Both the position numbers and the translations under genes were made by a program. The notes beneath the pieces are model-generated. The model did not search any database. It saw nothing but the letters and a program-made list of their open reading frames with translations, and was not told the DNA's origin. Below, piece after piece: positions 27,173-37,250 of a stretch of DNA of 64,000 nucleotides. Each line of letters opens with the position of its first letter. Position 1 is the first letter of the stretch. The stretch lies in contig JBHHVE010000012.1 in NCBI GenBank assembly GCA_046754085.1, positions 3,764 to 67,763 on the forward strand. Direction: 5' to 3'. The stretch is from Leptospirillia bacterium. Its GTDB lineage: Bacteria; Nitrospirota; JACRHL01.

Positions 27173-29109
27173 CAGATACCCTGCCGTTTGCGTGCTTCGA
27201 TCAACATTTCCACTCGTTCGTCGATTCCGAGCTTTCCACCGCCGGCTTCGATGTAGGACTCAATCACCTGGCGCGCAATCGGTGCGGACTCCCGGCCGCC
27301 ATGACCACCGTGCTCAACCAGCACCGCCACCGCGATGACCGGGTTGTCACTCGGTGCATAGGCGGCGAACCAAGCGTGATCACGCAGATGGTACGCCACA
27401 TCCTCCTGGTCTTTGACCTCGACTTCGTCCTCGGCAATGCTCACCACCTGAGCGGTTCCGGTTTTTCCGGCGATACTTACCCGCTTGGAGTCCGCGGCGC
27501 GCCCGGTACCGTGCAGTTCCCGCACCACCCCACGCAGGGCGCGCTTGATTTCATGGTAGGTGGCGGACGCCACCGGGGGCTGCGGCAGGGGCTGCGGCTG
27601 TTCCACGATCAGGCTGCCGGTGGCCCGCTCCCAGGTACCCATTCGGATATTTGGCACAAAGCGCTTGCCGCCGGTGCCGATGGTGCCGAGCAGCGATGCC
27701 ACCTGGAGCGGCGTGGCCAGCACGTAGCCCTGACCGATGGCGGCGGACAGGGTTTCCCCCGGGAACCAGACCTCGCCCCGGGTCTCCTGTTTCCAGCGGG
27801 TGGTGGGCACCAACCCGGCGTGTTCGGACGCAAGGTTGATGCCGGTGCGACGGCCCAGGCCAAACGCACCGGCAAACTCGGCGATGGTGTCGATGCCGAG
27901 GCGGTCGCCGTACTGGTAATAATAGACATCGCAACTTTCCACCAGCGACTTGTGTATATCCACCCAGCCGTGTCCGGCTTTCTTCCAGTCCCGGTAGGTG
28001 CGCCCCATGAACTCGTGGCCGCCATTGCAGAACAACGGATCGCCACCCGGCTCGCGTTCCAGAATCGCCGCCGCCACCGGTATTTTGAAAATGCTGCCCG
28101 GCGGATACGCCCCCTGCACCACCCGGTTGAGCATCGGGTGCCCGGGAGCCGTGGTGATCTGCTTCCAGCGCTTGTCGGACACCCCGCGGGAAATTTCTTC
28201 CGGGTTCAACCCGGGCTGGCTGACCATGGCCAGGATCTGACCGGTTCGTGGATCAATCGCCACCACGCTGCCGCGACGGCCTTTCAAGGCCTTGTAGGCC
28301 GCCTTCTGTACGTCGATATCAATGGACAGATACACGTCATTGCCCACCAGGGGGGCCTTCCGGGACAGCTCCCGCACCTCAAAGCCCAAGGCGTCCACCT
28401 CGATACGGCGGTTGCCGGTGACGCCGCGCAGGTCGGCATCAAAGGACAGTTCGGCGCCATACTGGCCGACCCGGATGCCGGGCAACACCTCGTCGTAGTC
28501 GCCGCTAACCAGCTGTGCTTCGGTCACATCCCCGACATAGCCCAGGAGGTGTCCGACGGCCTCACCGTAGATGTAGTGACGTTCGGCCTCGGCCAGCACC
28601 ACCACCCCCGGAATATGGGCCCACTCCACCTCGGCCACCTCCTTCAGGGAGAGGTCTTTTCTCACCCTCACCGGCAGGTAGGGAATAGTGCTCCGCTGTT
28701 TGCGGGCGGCTTTGAGTATCGGTTCCGGCGGCACCCCGAGCAGCCCCGCCACCTGATCGACGGTTTCGCTCAGATTTTTCACATCGTCCAGCACCATCGC
28801 CAGGTGAAATGACGGAACGTTGACCGCAAGTTCCCTGCCTCGCCGGTCGAACACCATGCCGCGTTCGGGCTTTTCCACCACCAGCCGGCCACGGTTGTTC
28901 CTGGCCAGTTCCGCATAATGCTTGTGGTGCAGCACCTGGAGATACCAACTGCGCAGCATCAAAACCACCAGAACCAGCATCATCAACGCCATCAGGATGG
29001 TGACCCGTCGGCGCACGGTCCATGTCAGCGCCTCGCGCTCCTCCGGAATCACCGGTAGCCCCTTACGCCTTGCACCCATTGGGCTACCGCCAGGAACGTC
29101 ACCCCCCAC
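27172..29109 (-). CDS. mrdA: Penicillin-binding protein 2 (peptidoglycan D,D-transpeptidase)
   Basis: 645 aa with PBP dimerisation and transpeptidase domains (SxxK: SIFK; SxN; KTG: KTGT). The start may be an internal Met at about 29079. Confidence 0.9.
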   Translation of the reverse strand: MGGDVPGGSPMGARRKGLPVIPEEREALTWTVRRRVTILMALMMLVLVVLMLRSWYLQVLHHKHYAELARNNRGRLVVEKPERGMVFDRRGRELAVNVPSFHLAMVLDDVKNLSETVDQVAGLLGVPPEPILKAARKQRSTIPYLPVRVRKDLSLKEVAEVEWAHIPGVVVLAEAERHYIYGEAVGHLLGYVGDVTEAQLVSGDYDEVLPGIRVGQYGAELSFDADLRGVTGNRRIEVDALGFEVRELSRKAPLVGNDVYLSIDIDVQKAAYKALKGRRGSVVAIDPRTGQILAMVSQPGLNPEEISRGVSDKRWKQITTAPGHPMLNRVVQGAYPPGSIFKIPVAAAILEREPGGDPLFCNGGHEFMGRTYRDWKKAGHGWVDIHKSLVESCDVYYYQYGDRLGIDTIAEFAGAFGLGRRTGINLASEHAGLVPTTRWKQETRGEVWFPGETLSAAIGQGYVLATPLQVASLLGTIGTGGKRFVPNIRMGTWERATGSLIVEQPQPLPQPPVASATYHEIKRALRGVVRELHGTGRAADSKRVSIAGKTGTAQVVSIAEDEVEVKDQEDVAYHLRDHAWFAAYAPSDNPVIAVAVLVEHGGHGGRESAPIARQVIESYIEAGGGKLGIDERVEMLIEARKRQGI

Positions 29110-29549
29110 AGGGTGTTGGCGATGATCGCGGGCAGCATATGGTGCAACAGCATCCAGCTGTCCAGAAGGATGGAACCGGCCAGATGATGAAGCACCGCCC
29201 CGACCACCTCCACCACCAGCACGATGCCGAAGATCACACCCATGCGGTTGCCCAGGGTCATCTCCGGCACCAGCCAGCGCACCAGGCCGATGGCAGCAGC
29301 CACCAGCGGCAGAAGGAGCAGGTGCAGCCCCACCTCACCCACCGTAAAACGGTCGTATAGCAAGCCCAGAACCAACCCCACGACAACGCCAAAACCATCG
29401 CCCCACACCTGGGTGGCGAGAATCACCAACAGCACCCCCAGGTGGGGCGCCCAGGAACCCGGCAAAAGCGTATTGAAAACGTATAGCTGTGCCGGGATGG
29501 CCCCTGCCACGGCAAACAGCAGAAACAGGGCACGGCCGACCCCGGTCAT
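29049..29549 (-). CDS. mreD: Rod shape-determining protein MreD
   Basis: 166-aa polytopic membrane protein located between mreC and mrdA. Confidence 0.8.
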   Translation of the reverse strand: MTGVGRALFLLFAVAGAIPAQLYVFNTLLPGSWAPHLGVLLVILATQVWGDGFGVVVGLVLGLLYDRFTVGEVGLHLLLLPLVAAAIGLVRWLVPEMTLGNRMGVIFGIVLVVEVVGAVLHHLAGSILLDSWMLLHHMLPAIIANTLWGVTFLAVAQWVQGVRGYR

Positions 29550-30421
29550 GGCTCCGGATCCTGCGGCCGCACACCGCCGGTCACCACCAGCACCTCCTCC
29601 AGGCGGTCGGTCCGCACAAGCGGGGTGACATGGATGGTGAGAAACGTCTCGGTGGCGACACGGCCGACAAAAGACACCGTACCGATCGGCACCCCGGGTG
29701 GAAACCGGCCCGACAACGCGGAGGTGACCACCCGGTCCCCCACCTCGACATCCGCCGATCGGTGTACGTATTTGAGTTCCGCCTCGTGCTGGTGGGAGAT
29801 ATCGCCGCCGGTATTGGCGCGCCCCGGCCTGACGCCCCCCACCAGGATACCCGCGTGCCGGCTGCGCGCCACCCGCGCCGGAATCACCGCGCTGCGATCG
29901 TTCACCACCAATACCTGGGCGGTATTATGGGTGGTTCTTACCACACGCCCAACCACCCCTTCCGGCGTGATGACCCCATCTCCCGGCTCAATACCGGCGA
30001 AGGACCCCTGATCAAGCAGAAGCGAATTGAACCAGTGGGTGGCGTCACCGCCGATCACCCGCGCCGCGAGGGTCTGGGGCGGGGAGGTCTTACGAAACGC
30101 CAGAAGCGCCTCCAGCCGCTCGGCGCGCCCCACCGACTCGCGGGCGGTGGCAAGCTCGGCCAGAAGCCGGCCCTGCTCCTCGATCAGTGCCCGGTTCTCC
30201 TGCCGAACGCCCCTCAGGTCGGCATAGTTGTCCCAGAAATTGCCGAAACCCTCACCGACCCCGCTGGCCAGCCGGGTAAACTGTGCCGATACCCACACCA
30301 GCGGCGCCTCGATCAGAGAGAGCGGACGGGTACGGGTCTGTGGAAACAGGAAAAACAGTACGGCCGAAACAGCCAGTACCGCGAGTATCCAGCGGGACCC
30401 CCCGCGTCGACGATTGGCCAT
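29546..30421 (-). CDS. mreC: Rod shape-determining protein MreC
   Basis: 291 aa: N-terminal TM, coiled coil (LAELATARESVGRAERLEALL), and beta-rich C-terminal domains. Confidence 0.85.
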   Translation of the reverse strand: MANRRRGGSRWILAVLAVSAVLFFLFPQTRTRPLSLIEAPLVWVSAQFTRLASGVGEGFGNFWDNYADLRGVRQENRALIEEQGRLLAELATARESVGRAERLEALLAFRKTSPPQTLAARVIGGDATHWFNSLLLDQGSFAGIEPGDGVITPEGVVGRVVRTTHNTAQVLVVNDRSAVIPARVARSRHAGILVGGVRPGRANTGGDISHQHEAELKYVHRSADVEVGDRVVTSALSGRFPPGVPIGTVSFVGRVATETFLTIHVTPLVRTDRLEEVLVVTGGVRPQDPEP

Positions 30422-30490
30422 GTCAGGTTAGGGCCTTGTCCCGAAATAGAATGGGAACGTCGTCGCCATCATGCTCGGTGTGAACCGACC

Positions 30491-31501
30491 CTAGTGGGGG
30501 ATGGAGATTTTCCTGAGCAGGTCGAGTTCCTGAAGCACCTGACCACCGCCGAGCACCACACTGGTGAGTGCGTTTTCCACGGTCACGATCGGCAGGTTGG
30601 TCTCTTCCCGCATGCGGATATCCATGCCACGCACCAGCGAACCGCCACCGGTGAGCACGATGCCGCGGTCGATAATGTCCCCGGACAGCTCCGGCGGGGT
30701 GTGTTCCAGGGCTACCTTGATGGTGTTGACGATCACGGAAATCGGCTCGGCCAGGGCTTCGCGCACTTCAGCGTCATCGATCACCAGGGTCTTGGGAATG
30801 CCCGAGATCAGGTCGCGCCCCTTGATCATGGTGGTCAGTTGCTCTTCAAGGGGGAAGGCGGAACCCACCTCCACCTTGATGCGTTCCGCCATGTGGTCGC
30901 CGATCAGCAGGTTGTATTTGCGTTTGATGTAGGCGGCGATGGCTTCATCCATCTTGTCGCCGGCCACCTTCACGCTCTCGCTGTAAACGATGCCGGCGAG
31001 GGAGATCACCGCAACGTCCGTGGTGCCGCCACCGATGTCGACCACCATATTGCCCTCGGCCTCGGCGATGGGCAGACCCGCGCCGATGGCGGCGGCAATG
31101 GGCTCCTCAATGATGTAAACCTCCCGCGCCCCGGCAAGCTCCGCTGAATCGCGCACCGCGCGCTGCTCCACCTGGGTGATGCCGGACGGCACACAGATGA
31201 CGATACGCGGAGACACGAAGCTGCGTCGGTTGTGGGCCTTCTGGATGAAGTGCCGGAGCATCTTCTCGGTGGTCTCAAAGTCGGCGATCACGCCTTCCTT
31301 CATCGGACGAATGGCCACGATGTTGCCCGGGGTACGCCCCAGCATCTTCTTGGCCTCCACCCCCACCGCAAGGATCTTGCCGGTGTTCTTGTCCATGGCG
31401 ACCACCGACGGCTCGTCGTTGACGATGCCCTTACCCTTGACGTACACGAGGGTGTTGGCAGTACCCAGATCGATCGCCAGATCGTCGGACACCCACCCCA
31501 T
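30491..31501 (-). CDS. mreB: Rod shape-determining actin homologue MreB
   Basis: Actin-fold ATPase, near-colinear with E. coli MreB ([29 protein letters not shown]..., [14 protein letters not shown]). Start set at the internal Met (31501) by homology. Confidence 0.9.
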   Translation of the reverse strand: MGWVSDDLAIDLGTANTLVYVKGKGIVNDEPSVVAMDKNTGKILAVGVEAKKMLGRTPGNIVAIRPMKEGVIADFETTEKMLRHFIQKAHNRRSFVSPRIVICVPSGITQVEQRAVRDSAELAGAREVYIIEEPIAAAIGAGLPIAEAEGNMVVDIGGGTTDVAVISLAGIVYSESVKVAGDKMDEAIAAYIKRKYNLLIGDHMAERIKVEVGSAFPLEEQLTTMIKGRDLISGIPKTLVIDDAEVREALAEPISVIVNTIKVALEHTPPELSGDIIDRGIVLTGGGSLVRGMDIRMREETNLPIVTVENALTSVVLGGGQVLQELDLLRKISIPH

Positions 31502-31759
31502 TAACCTGTTTCTAAGCCCGAACAAATCCCGCTCTCCTTCCAAGACGCGCCAAATCCGGCGCCGCTCCCCCAAGCTTGCTATGACCCGGTGAAAAGGCCA
31601 ATCAAAACAAAATGATCGACTCGAACCTTACTACTAAAGACGGCTTTGCCAAAAAAGGCAAGAAACGATGTGACAATTTCCAATTTAGCAAATCCGGGGC
31701 ACCGGGCTGTTACCATAAAACGGCAGTTGCGTCGCCGGACGGAATCACCGCCCCAATCC

Positions 31760-32515
31760 ATGATCGAGGAACCGATGCCAGCGCCCTTTCACTTCGAGAC
31801 CGAAATCATCCAGGTGGTGCTTGAGACCGCCGACGTCTTCACCTTCCGCATTGCGCTCCCGGAGGCGGTGGGCTTCACCTTCTGCGCCGGCCAGTTCGTC
31901 AACCTGACGGTGGATACACCGGAATACGGCGACGACATGCAGCGGCTGACGCGCCCCTATTCGATCTCCTCATCCCCCACCGAGGGACCGTTTATCGACC
32001 TGACCGTCAAATATTACGACGACGGCCACCTCTCCAAGCACCTCAGGGAGGTCACCTATATCGGCGAGGCGGTCACCATCGACGGCCCCCACGGCAAGTT
32101 CTTTTTCGAGGAAGGCATGGCCGATTCAGTGGCCCTGATCGGCGGTGGCGCGGGGGTGGCGCCCATGCGCGGCATCCTGCGATACATCGCCGACAAAGAG
32201 CTGGACGTGGATGTCCGTTACCTGGCCAGTTGCCGCACCCCCAACGACACCATCTATCTGGCCAGCCTGGTGGCGTGGGAGAATGCCCTCCCGAAGCTTG
32301 CCGTACGCCATACCATCACCCGGCCGGAAGGGTACAACTGGCACGGCCTCACCGGCCGCATCGACGCGGCCATGCTGCGGGACTTCTGCCCGCCGGAGCG
32401 CACCGAACTGTATTACGTGGCAGGCCCCACCGACATGGTGAGCTCGATCAAAAAGATCCTCAAGGAAGAGCTCGGCGTGGACAAGGCCCGAATCCACTGG
32501 GAGCCTTGGGGCTAG
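31760..32515 (+). CDS. FAD/NAD(P)-binding oxidoreductase, ferredoxin-NADP+ reductase-like
   Basis: FNR-family motifs RPYSISS (FAD binding) and GGGAGVAPM (NAD(P) binding). The track ORF starts at a TTG at 31646; the homology-supported start is the Met at 31760. Confidence 0.7.
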   Translation: MIEEPMPAPFHFETEIIQVVLETADVFTFRIALPEAVGFTFCAGQFVNLTVDTPEYGDDMQRLTRPYSISSSPTEGPFIDLTVKYYDDGHLSKHLREVTYIGEAVTIDGPHGKFFFEEGMADSVALIGGGAGVAPMRGILRYIADKELDVDVRYLASCRTPNDTIYLASLVAWENALPKLAVRHTITRPEGYNWHGLTGRIDAAMLRDFCPPERTELYYVAGPTDMVSSIKKILKEELGVDKARIHWEPWG

Positions 32516-32568
32516 GTGCGCACACACGGGGGTTCCGGACCGCTCCCGACGGTTTTTTTAGAGGCGGC

Positions 32569-33066
32569 ATGCACATCGTTCTGGTTGAACCGGAGATCCC
32601 CCCCAACACCGGCAGCATTGCGCGCCTGTGCGTCAGCACCGGCTGTTCCCTGCATCTGGTCAAGCCCCTTGGCTACGAGATCACCGACCGCCACTTAAGA
32701 CGCGCCGGGCTCGACTACTGGGAATACCTGGATCTGACCGTGCACGAAAATTTCGATTCGGTGTTGAAACTACGGGGCGATGCCCCCATGTACCTGGCCA
32801 CCGCCCACGCCGAACGCCCCTACACCGAGGTGGCCTACGGCGAGGACGACTGGCTGGTATTCGGCTGTGAGACCTGCGGGCTGCCGGATGATCTGGTGGT
32901 GCGCTTTCCCGATGCCGGGGTGCGCATCCCCATGTGGGGGCCATCCCGTTGCCTGAACCTGTCGAACGCAGTTTCGGTAGTGGTCTTCGAGGCCCTGCGG
33001 CAGGTGCGAAAAGAGGCGTTCTACGGACCCGCCGCGGCGGGTCCGTCACCGGCGTCGATACGGTAG
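32569..33066 (+). CDS. trmL: tRNA (cytidine/uridine-2'-O)-methyltransferase TrmL (SpoU-TrmD class)
   Basis: MHIVLVEPEIPPNTGSIARLC...RRAGLDYWEY...NLSNAVSVVVFEA, colinear with E. coli TrmL. The longer track ORF from 32230 is Arg/Pro-rich junk upstream. Confidence 0.85.
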   Translation: MHIVLVEPEIPPNTGSIARLCVSTGCSLHLVKPLGYEITDRHLRRAGLDYWEYLDLTVHENFDSVLKLRGDAPMYLATAHAERPYTEVAYGEDDWLVFGCETCGLPDDLVVRFPDAGVRIPMWGPSRCLNLSNAVSVVVFEALRQVRKEAFYGPAAAGPSPASIR

Positions 33067-33863
33067 CCCGGGGCCTCCTGCACCAGCCGAAGGGGGTTGA
33101 TGCGGGCGTTTCCGAGGCGTCCGCCCCAGTGCAGATGGGGGCCGGTGGCGCGGCCGCTCTGGCCCACCCTGCCGATCACGTCTCCGGCCTTCACCCGCTG
33201 GCCGTCGGTCACGCTGATCTCGCTCAAGTGCATGTAGAACGTAAACAACCCGCCGCCGTGTTCTAAAAATACGGTAAGGCCGCCAAAGTAACGGTCTTTG
33301 GCCAGGCGCACGATGCCCGTATTGGGGGCCCGCACCAGGGTTCCGGAGGGGGCGGAAAAATCCTCACCGTTGTGGGGGCTGCGCGGCTTGCCGTTGATCA
33401 CCCGGCGTTTGCCGAAGCTGCCGCCGCTTGTTCCATCCACCGGCATGTCCCAGGTTTCCCGCCACAGGGGGTCCTTACGCCCCCCCGACCACAGCTCGGC
33501 CACCTCCTGCTTTTCGCGCCCCACCCGTTTCAGGGTGGGTTGGTCCAGGTCCACCATCTTCTCCGGCAGGGTCAGGTGCTGCACGCCGAAGTCACCGGGC
33601 ACCACCTCAACGGGAACCCGCGCCAGAACCTGCGACACCCCGTCCCGAATCGTCCGGATCTCCAGTGGCTTGCGCCCGGTTGCGGCCTCCATGTCGATAC
33701 CCAGAACCCCCACGAAGCGACCGTCTCCGGTGCCCTTGAAATAGACCGGTTCTCCCCGGTAGCTGCCCCACGGCGCCGCATCGCCGGGACGGATCAATAC
33801 CTCGATGCGGGCGATATCCCCCTGGGGTACCCGCACCCCATCCGCCGCCTGGGCCGGAAGCAC
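33021..33863 (-). CDS. M23 family peptidoglycan metalloendopeptidase (start region anomalous, see findings)
   Basis: Catalytic motifs HNGEDF...HLHWG (HxxxD / HxH). A signal-peptide-like sequence is encoded in frame upstream of the track's GTG start, but without a canonical in-frame start codon. Confidence 0.75.
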   Translation of the reverse strand: MLPAQAADGVRVPQGDIARIEVLIRPGDAAPWGSYRGEPVYFKGTGDGRFVGVLGIDMEAATGRKPLEIRTIRDGVSQVLARVPVEVVPGDFGVQHLTLPEKMVDLDQPTLKRVGREKQEVAELWSGGRKDPLWRETWDMPVDGTSGGSFGKRRVINGKPRSPHNGEDFSAPSGTLVRAPNTGIVRLAKDRYFGGLTVFLEHGGGLFTFYMHLSEISVTDGQRVKAGDVIGRVGQSGRATGPHLHWGGRLGNARINPLRLVQEAPGYRIDAGDGPAAAGP

Positions 33864-34371
33864 CGTGAACCCCCACCCGGAAAATGCCGCAATCAGCGCG
33901 ATTACCCATACTTTGAGCCCTTCCGAAACGGGTCGGAATCGCTTGAATAAATCGGCAGTTAGTGGATAATAAGAGTTGTTGATTTTAAGACCTTTGCGTG
34001 GCGGAACAAGGACAGGTTGCCCTGCCTTGTGCGTGGGCTGCCCACCTATCGGGGCCCAATGCTACGGAAATGGGAGTCCACTAAGCGGGGCGGTGTGAAC
34101 GGCTCACGGTTTTTCCGGCGGGCTGTCCTGAAACCCCGCCGAGGGCACCCCCCTGGAGAACCAGGGTTCCGAGGCCGGGTATTCTACGGCAAGGCGGGGT
34201 ATTTTTGCACGCCCCGGTGGGGGAGCGGCAAATCATATCCGGTGCGTGTACGGCGGGTTCAACCGCCGCCGCGCACCGATGAGTCGGCCCGCCGGCAGTG
34301 TGAATCACGTCCGCCCACGCATTGTTGACGGATAGACCGCCGCGCCATTGCGCGGCAGGGATGATAAGGGC

Positions 34372-35712
34372 ATGGATCTGTTCACGGCGACTGAAGCCGA
34401 CCCGGTATCGACCCCACTTGCATGGCGTATGCGCCCGCGTACCTTGGCCGAGTACGTGGGGCAGTCCCATCTGCTGGGGGACGGCGGCTTGGTGCGGCGG
34501 CAACTGGAAACCGGGCGCATCGGTTCCCTGATCCTGTACGGCCCGCCGGGCTGCGGCAAAACCGGCCTTGCCCACCTGATCGCCCGCGAATTGTCCCTGC
34601 CGTTCACCGAACTGAACGCCGTCACCGCCGGTATCTCCGATATTCGCAAGGTGGTGGAGGCCGCCAACCGTCACCGGCGAACCGCGGACACCGGCACCCT
34701 GCTGTTCATTGACGAGATTCACCGCTTCAACAAGCCCCAGCAAAGCGCCCTCCTGCCTCATGTGGAGGAGGGCCTGATCACCCTGATCGGCGCCAGTACC
34801 CAGAACCCGTTTTTCGCCATCATCCCGCCTCTGGCCTCCCGCTCCCATATCGTCGCCCTGGAGCCCCACGGCCCGGACGACCTCCTCCTTATCCTGCAAC
34901 GGGCGTTGGCCGACTCGGAGCACGGCCTGGGCGACTCCGGGGTGGAAGTGGCTCCGGAGGCTTTGCGGTTTCTCGCCGAACGCGCCGAAGGCGACGCCCG
35001 GCGCGCCCTCGGCGCCCTGGAAGTGGCGGCCCGCACCAGCCCTAAAGGCGCCGACGGCATGGTTTGCGTCGACCTGGCCCAGATGGAGCAGTCCCTGGGC
35101 AAAAAAGCCATCGTCTACGAGGACGGCGACGCCCACTTCGACACCGCCTCCGCCTTGATCAAGAGCATTCGCGGCAGTGATCCGGACGCCGCCCTCTACT
35201 GGCTGGCCAAGATGATCGAGGGCGGCGAGGACCCGCTGTTCATCAGCCGCAGGCTCATGATTTCCGCCAGCGAGGACATCGGCAACGCCGATCCGCGCGC
35301 CCTGCCGCTGGCGGTGGCGGCCCATCAGGCGGTGGCCGCCATCGGCCTGCCCGAGGGGCGCATCCCTCTGGCCCAGGCCACCACCTACCTGGCCTCGGCC
35401 CCAAAGAGTAATGCCGCCTACAAGGCCCTGGACGCCGCCCTCGCCGACATCCGAGGCGGCAACGTACTGCCGGTGCCGATGCACCTCAGGGACGCAAGCT
35501 ACAGTGGCGCCAAAACCCTTGGCCACGGCCAGGGCTATCAAAACCCCCATCATTTCCCCGGCCACTGGGTGGCCCAGGACTACCTGGGAGCGGACCGCAC
35601 GTACTACCATCCGACCCGCGAGGGTTTCGAGGTGCGTATCGCCGACCGGCTTGACCGAATTCGACAACCTTCCCGATCGGGGCCCGACACCCCGCCACAT
35701 AATCCGGAGTAA
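34372..35712 (+). CDS. rarA: Replication-associated recombination protein A (AAA+ ATPase RarA/MgsA)
   Basis: Walker A GPPGCGKT, Walker B LFIDEIHRF, sensor and arginine finger; start at the internal ATG (MDLFTATE...). Confidence 0.85.
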   Translation: MDLFTATEADPVSTPLAWRMRPRTLAEYVGQSHLLGDGGLVRRQLETGRIGSLILYGPPGCGKTGLAHLIARELSLPFTELNAVTAGISDIRKVVEAANRHRRTADTGTLLFIDEIHRFNKPQQSALLPHVEEGLITLIGASTQNPFFAIIPPLASRSHIVALEPHGPDDLLLILQRALADSEHGLGDSGVEVAPEALRFLAERAEGDARRALGALEVAARTSPKGADGMVCVDLAQMEQSLGKKAIVYEDGDAHFDTASALIKSIRGSDPDAALYWLAKMIEGGEDPLFISRRLMISASEDIGNADPRALPLAVAAHQAVAAIGLPEGRIPLAQATTYLASAPKSNAAYKALDAALADIRGGNVLPVPMHLRDASYSGAKTLGHGQGYQNPHHFPGHWVAQDYLGADRTYYHPTREGFEVRIADRLDRIRQPSRSGPDTPPHNPE

Positions 35713-35714
35713 CC

Positions 35715-37250
35715 ATGGACCCCACCACCCTCCTCGGGGGCGTTCTCGTCCTCGTCACGGGCGCACTTATTTTCTCGGTGATGCGAAAGCCCGCTGGCCG
35801 GAACCCGTCCGAGACCGAGTCCCTTGCCAGGAAAATCATCGAAAACGCCGAGCACGAAGCGGCCATGCTCAGGAAAAGCGTGGAGCTTGAACTCAAGGAA
35901 GAACAAATATCCGCCCGCTCCGGTATCGACGATCTCACCCGCGACCGCCAGGAGCAGGTGCTCGAAATGGAAAAACGCCTGCTGGCCCGCGAGGCGCGCA
36001 TCGATACCCAGACGGAAGACCTCACCCGGCGGGAAGCCCTCTTGAATGACCAAGAGGCGCAACTGGAAAAGGCCCGGGAGCAGGTCGAGGAGAGCGGTCG
36101 CCAACTGGTTGCCGAACTGGAGAAACTCGGCGGCCTGTCGGCGGAGGACGCCCGCGCAAAGCTGGTCATCCGGATCGAGGGAGACGCCCGCTTCGAAGCC
36201 GCCAAGGCCCTGCGCCGGATCGAGGACGACACCCTCGCCGAGGCCGAGGAGCATGCCCGCCACATTATCAGCACCGCCATCCAGCGTCTGGCCGGAGACT
36301 ACGTGGTGGAAGCCACCATCAGCGTGGTGAACCTGCCGTCGGACGACATGAAGGGCCGCATCATCGGACGCGAGGGCCGTAACATCCGCGCCCTGGAGTC
36401 CGCCACCGGGGTCAACCTCATCGTCGACGACACCCCGGAAACCATCCTGCTTTCCAGCTTCGACCCGCTGCGGCGCGAGGTGGCGCGGCTTTCCATCGAA
36501 CGGCTCATGGCGGACGGCCGCTTCCATCCCTCCCGTATCGAGGAAACCGTCCGCTCGGTGGAGCAGAAGCTCGATCAGGAGATGCGGGAAGAGGCCAGCC
36601 GGATCGTCTTCGAACTGGACGTGCACGACCTGCACGAAGACATCATCGGCCTGTTGGGGAAACTCAAATATCGCCTCTCCTATGGCCAGAACAACCTGTC
36701 CCACGCCCGCGAGGTGGCCCTGTTGTGCGGCCTGATGGCCGACGAACTGGGCCTCGACCGCAAACTGGCGGTGCGGGGCGGTCTGCTGCACGACATCGGC
36801 AAGGTGCTGACCCAGGAGATGGAGGGCGGCCACGCCACCATCGGCGGTGATTTTGCCGCCCGCTGCGGTGAGCACCCGGATGTGGTCAACGCCATCGCCG
36901 CCCACCACGGCGACGTCAAACCGACCACCAAGGAAGCCTATCTGGTGGCCGCGGGCGATGCCCTCTCGGCCGGGCGGCCGGGGGCCCGGCGCGAAAACAT
37001 GGAATTTCACGTCAAACGGCTGGCCGATCTGGAAGCGGTCGCCGGCGCCTTCCCCGGTGTTGACCGGGCCTACGCCATGCAGGCCGGGCGCGAGGTGCGG
37101 GTGCTGGTGGACGCCGAAACCGTGGGGGACGACGAGTGCTCCCTTATTTCCCGCGATATCGCCGAAAAAATCGAAAAGGAGCTCAACTACCCCGGACAAA
37201 TCAAGATTTGTCTGGTGCGTGAGTCCCGCTTTGTGGAGTACGCCCGCTGA
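35715..37250 (+). CDS. rny: Ribonuclease Y
   Basis: N-terminal TM helix (LLGGVLVLVTGALIFSVM), long coiled coil, KH domain (MKGRIIGREGRNIRALESATGVNLIVDD), HD domain (LLHDIGKV...HH). 511 aa. Confidence 0.85.
   Translation: MDPTTLLGGVLVLVTGALIFSVMRKPAGRNPSETESLARKIIENAEHEAAMLRKSVELELKEEQISARSGIDDLTRDRQEQVLEMEKRLLAREARIDTQTEDLTRREALLNDQEAQLEKAREQVEESGRQLVAELEKLGGLSAEDARAKLVIRIEGDARFEAAKALRRIEDDTLAEAEEHARHIISTAIQRLAGDYVVEATISVVNLPSDDMKGRIIGREGRNIRALESATGVNLIVDDTPETILLSSFDPLRREVARLSIERLMADGRFHPSRIEETVRSVEQKLDQEMREEASRIVFELDVHDLHEDIIGLLGKLKYRLSYGQNNLSHAREVALLCGLMADELGLDRKLAVRGGLLHDIGKVLTQEMEGGHATIGGDFAARCGEHPDVVNAIAAHHGDVKPTTKEAYLVAAGDALSAGRPGARRENMEFHVKRLADLEAVAGAFPGVDRAYAMQAGREVRVLVDAETVGDDECSLISRDIAEKIEKELNYPGQIKICLVRESRFVEYAR

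Noticed and set aside
34241-34277. tRNA/tmRNA-like coaxial acceptor/T-arm helix
   Set aside because: No 3' CCA, no D or anticodon arms, and no tag-peptide ORF; treated as a generic hairpin within a structured intergenic region.
34017-34328. 103-aa plus-strand ORF in the M23/rarA intergenic region
   Set aside because: Extremely Arg/Pro/Gly-rich, with no RBS and no motifs; consistent with a random GC-rich frame.
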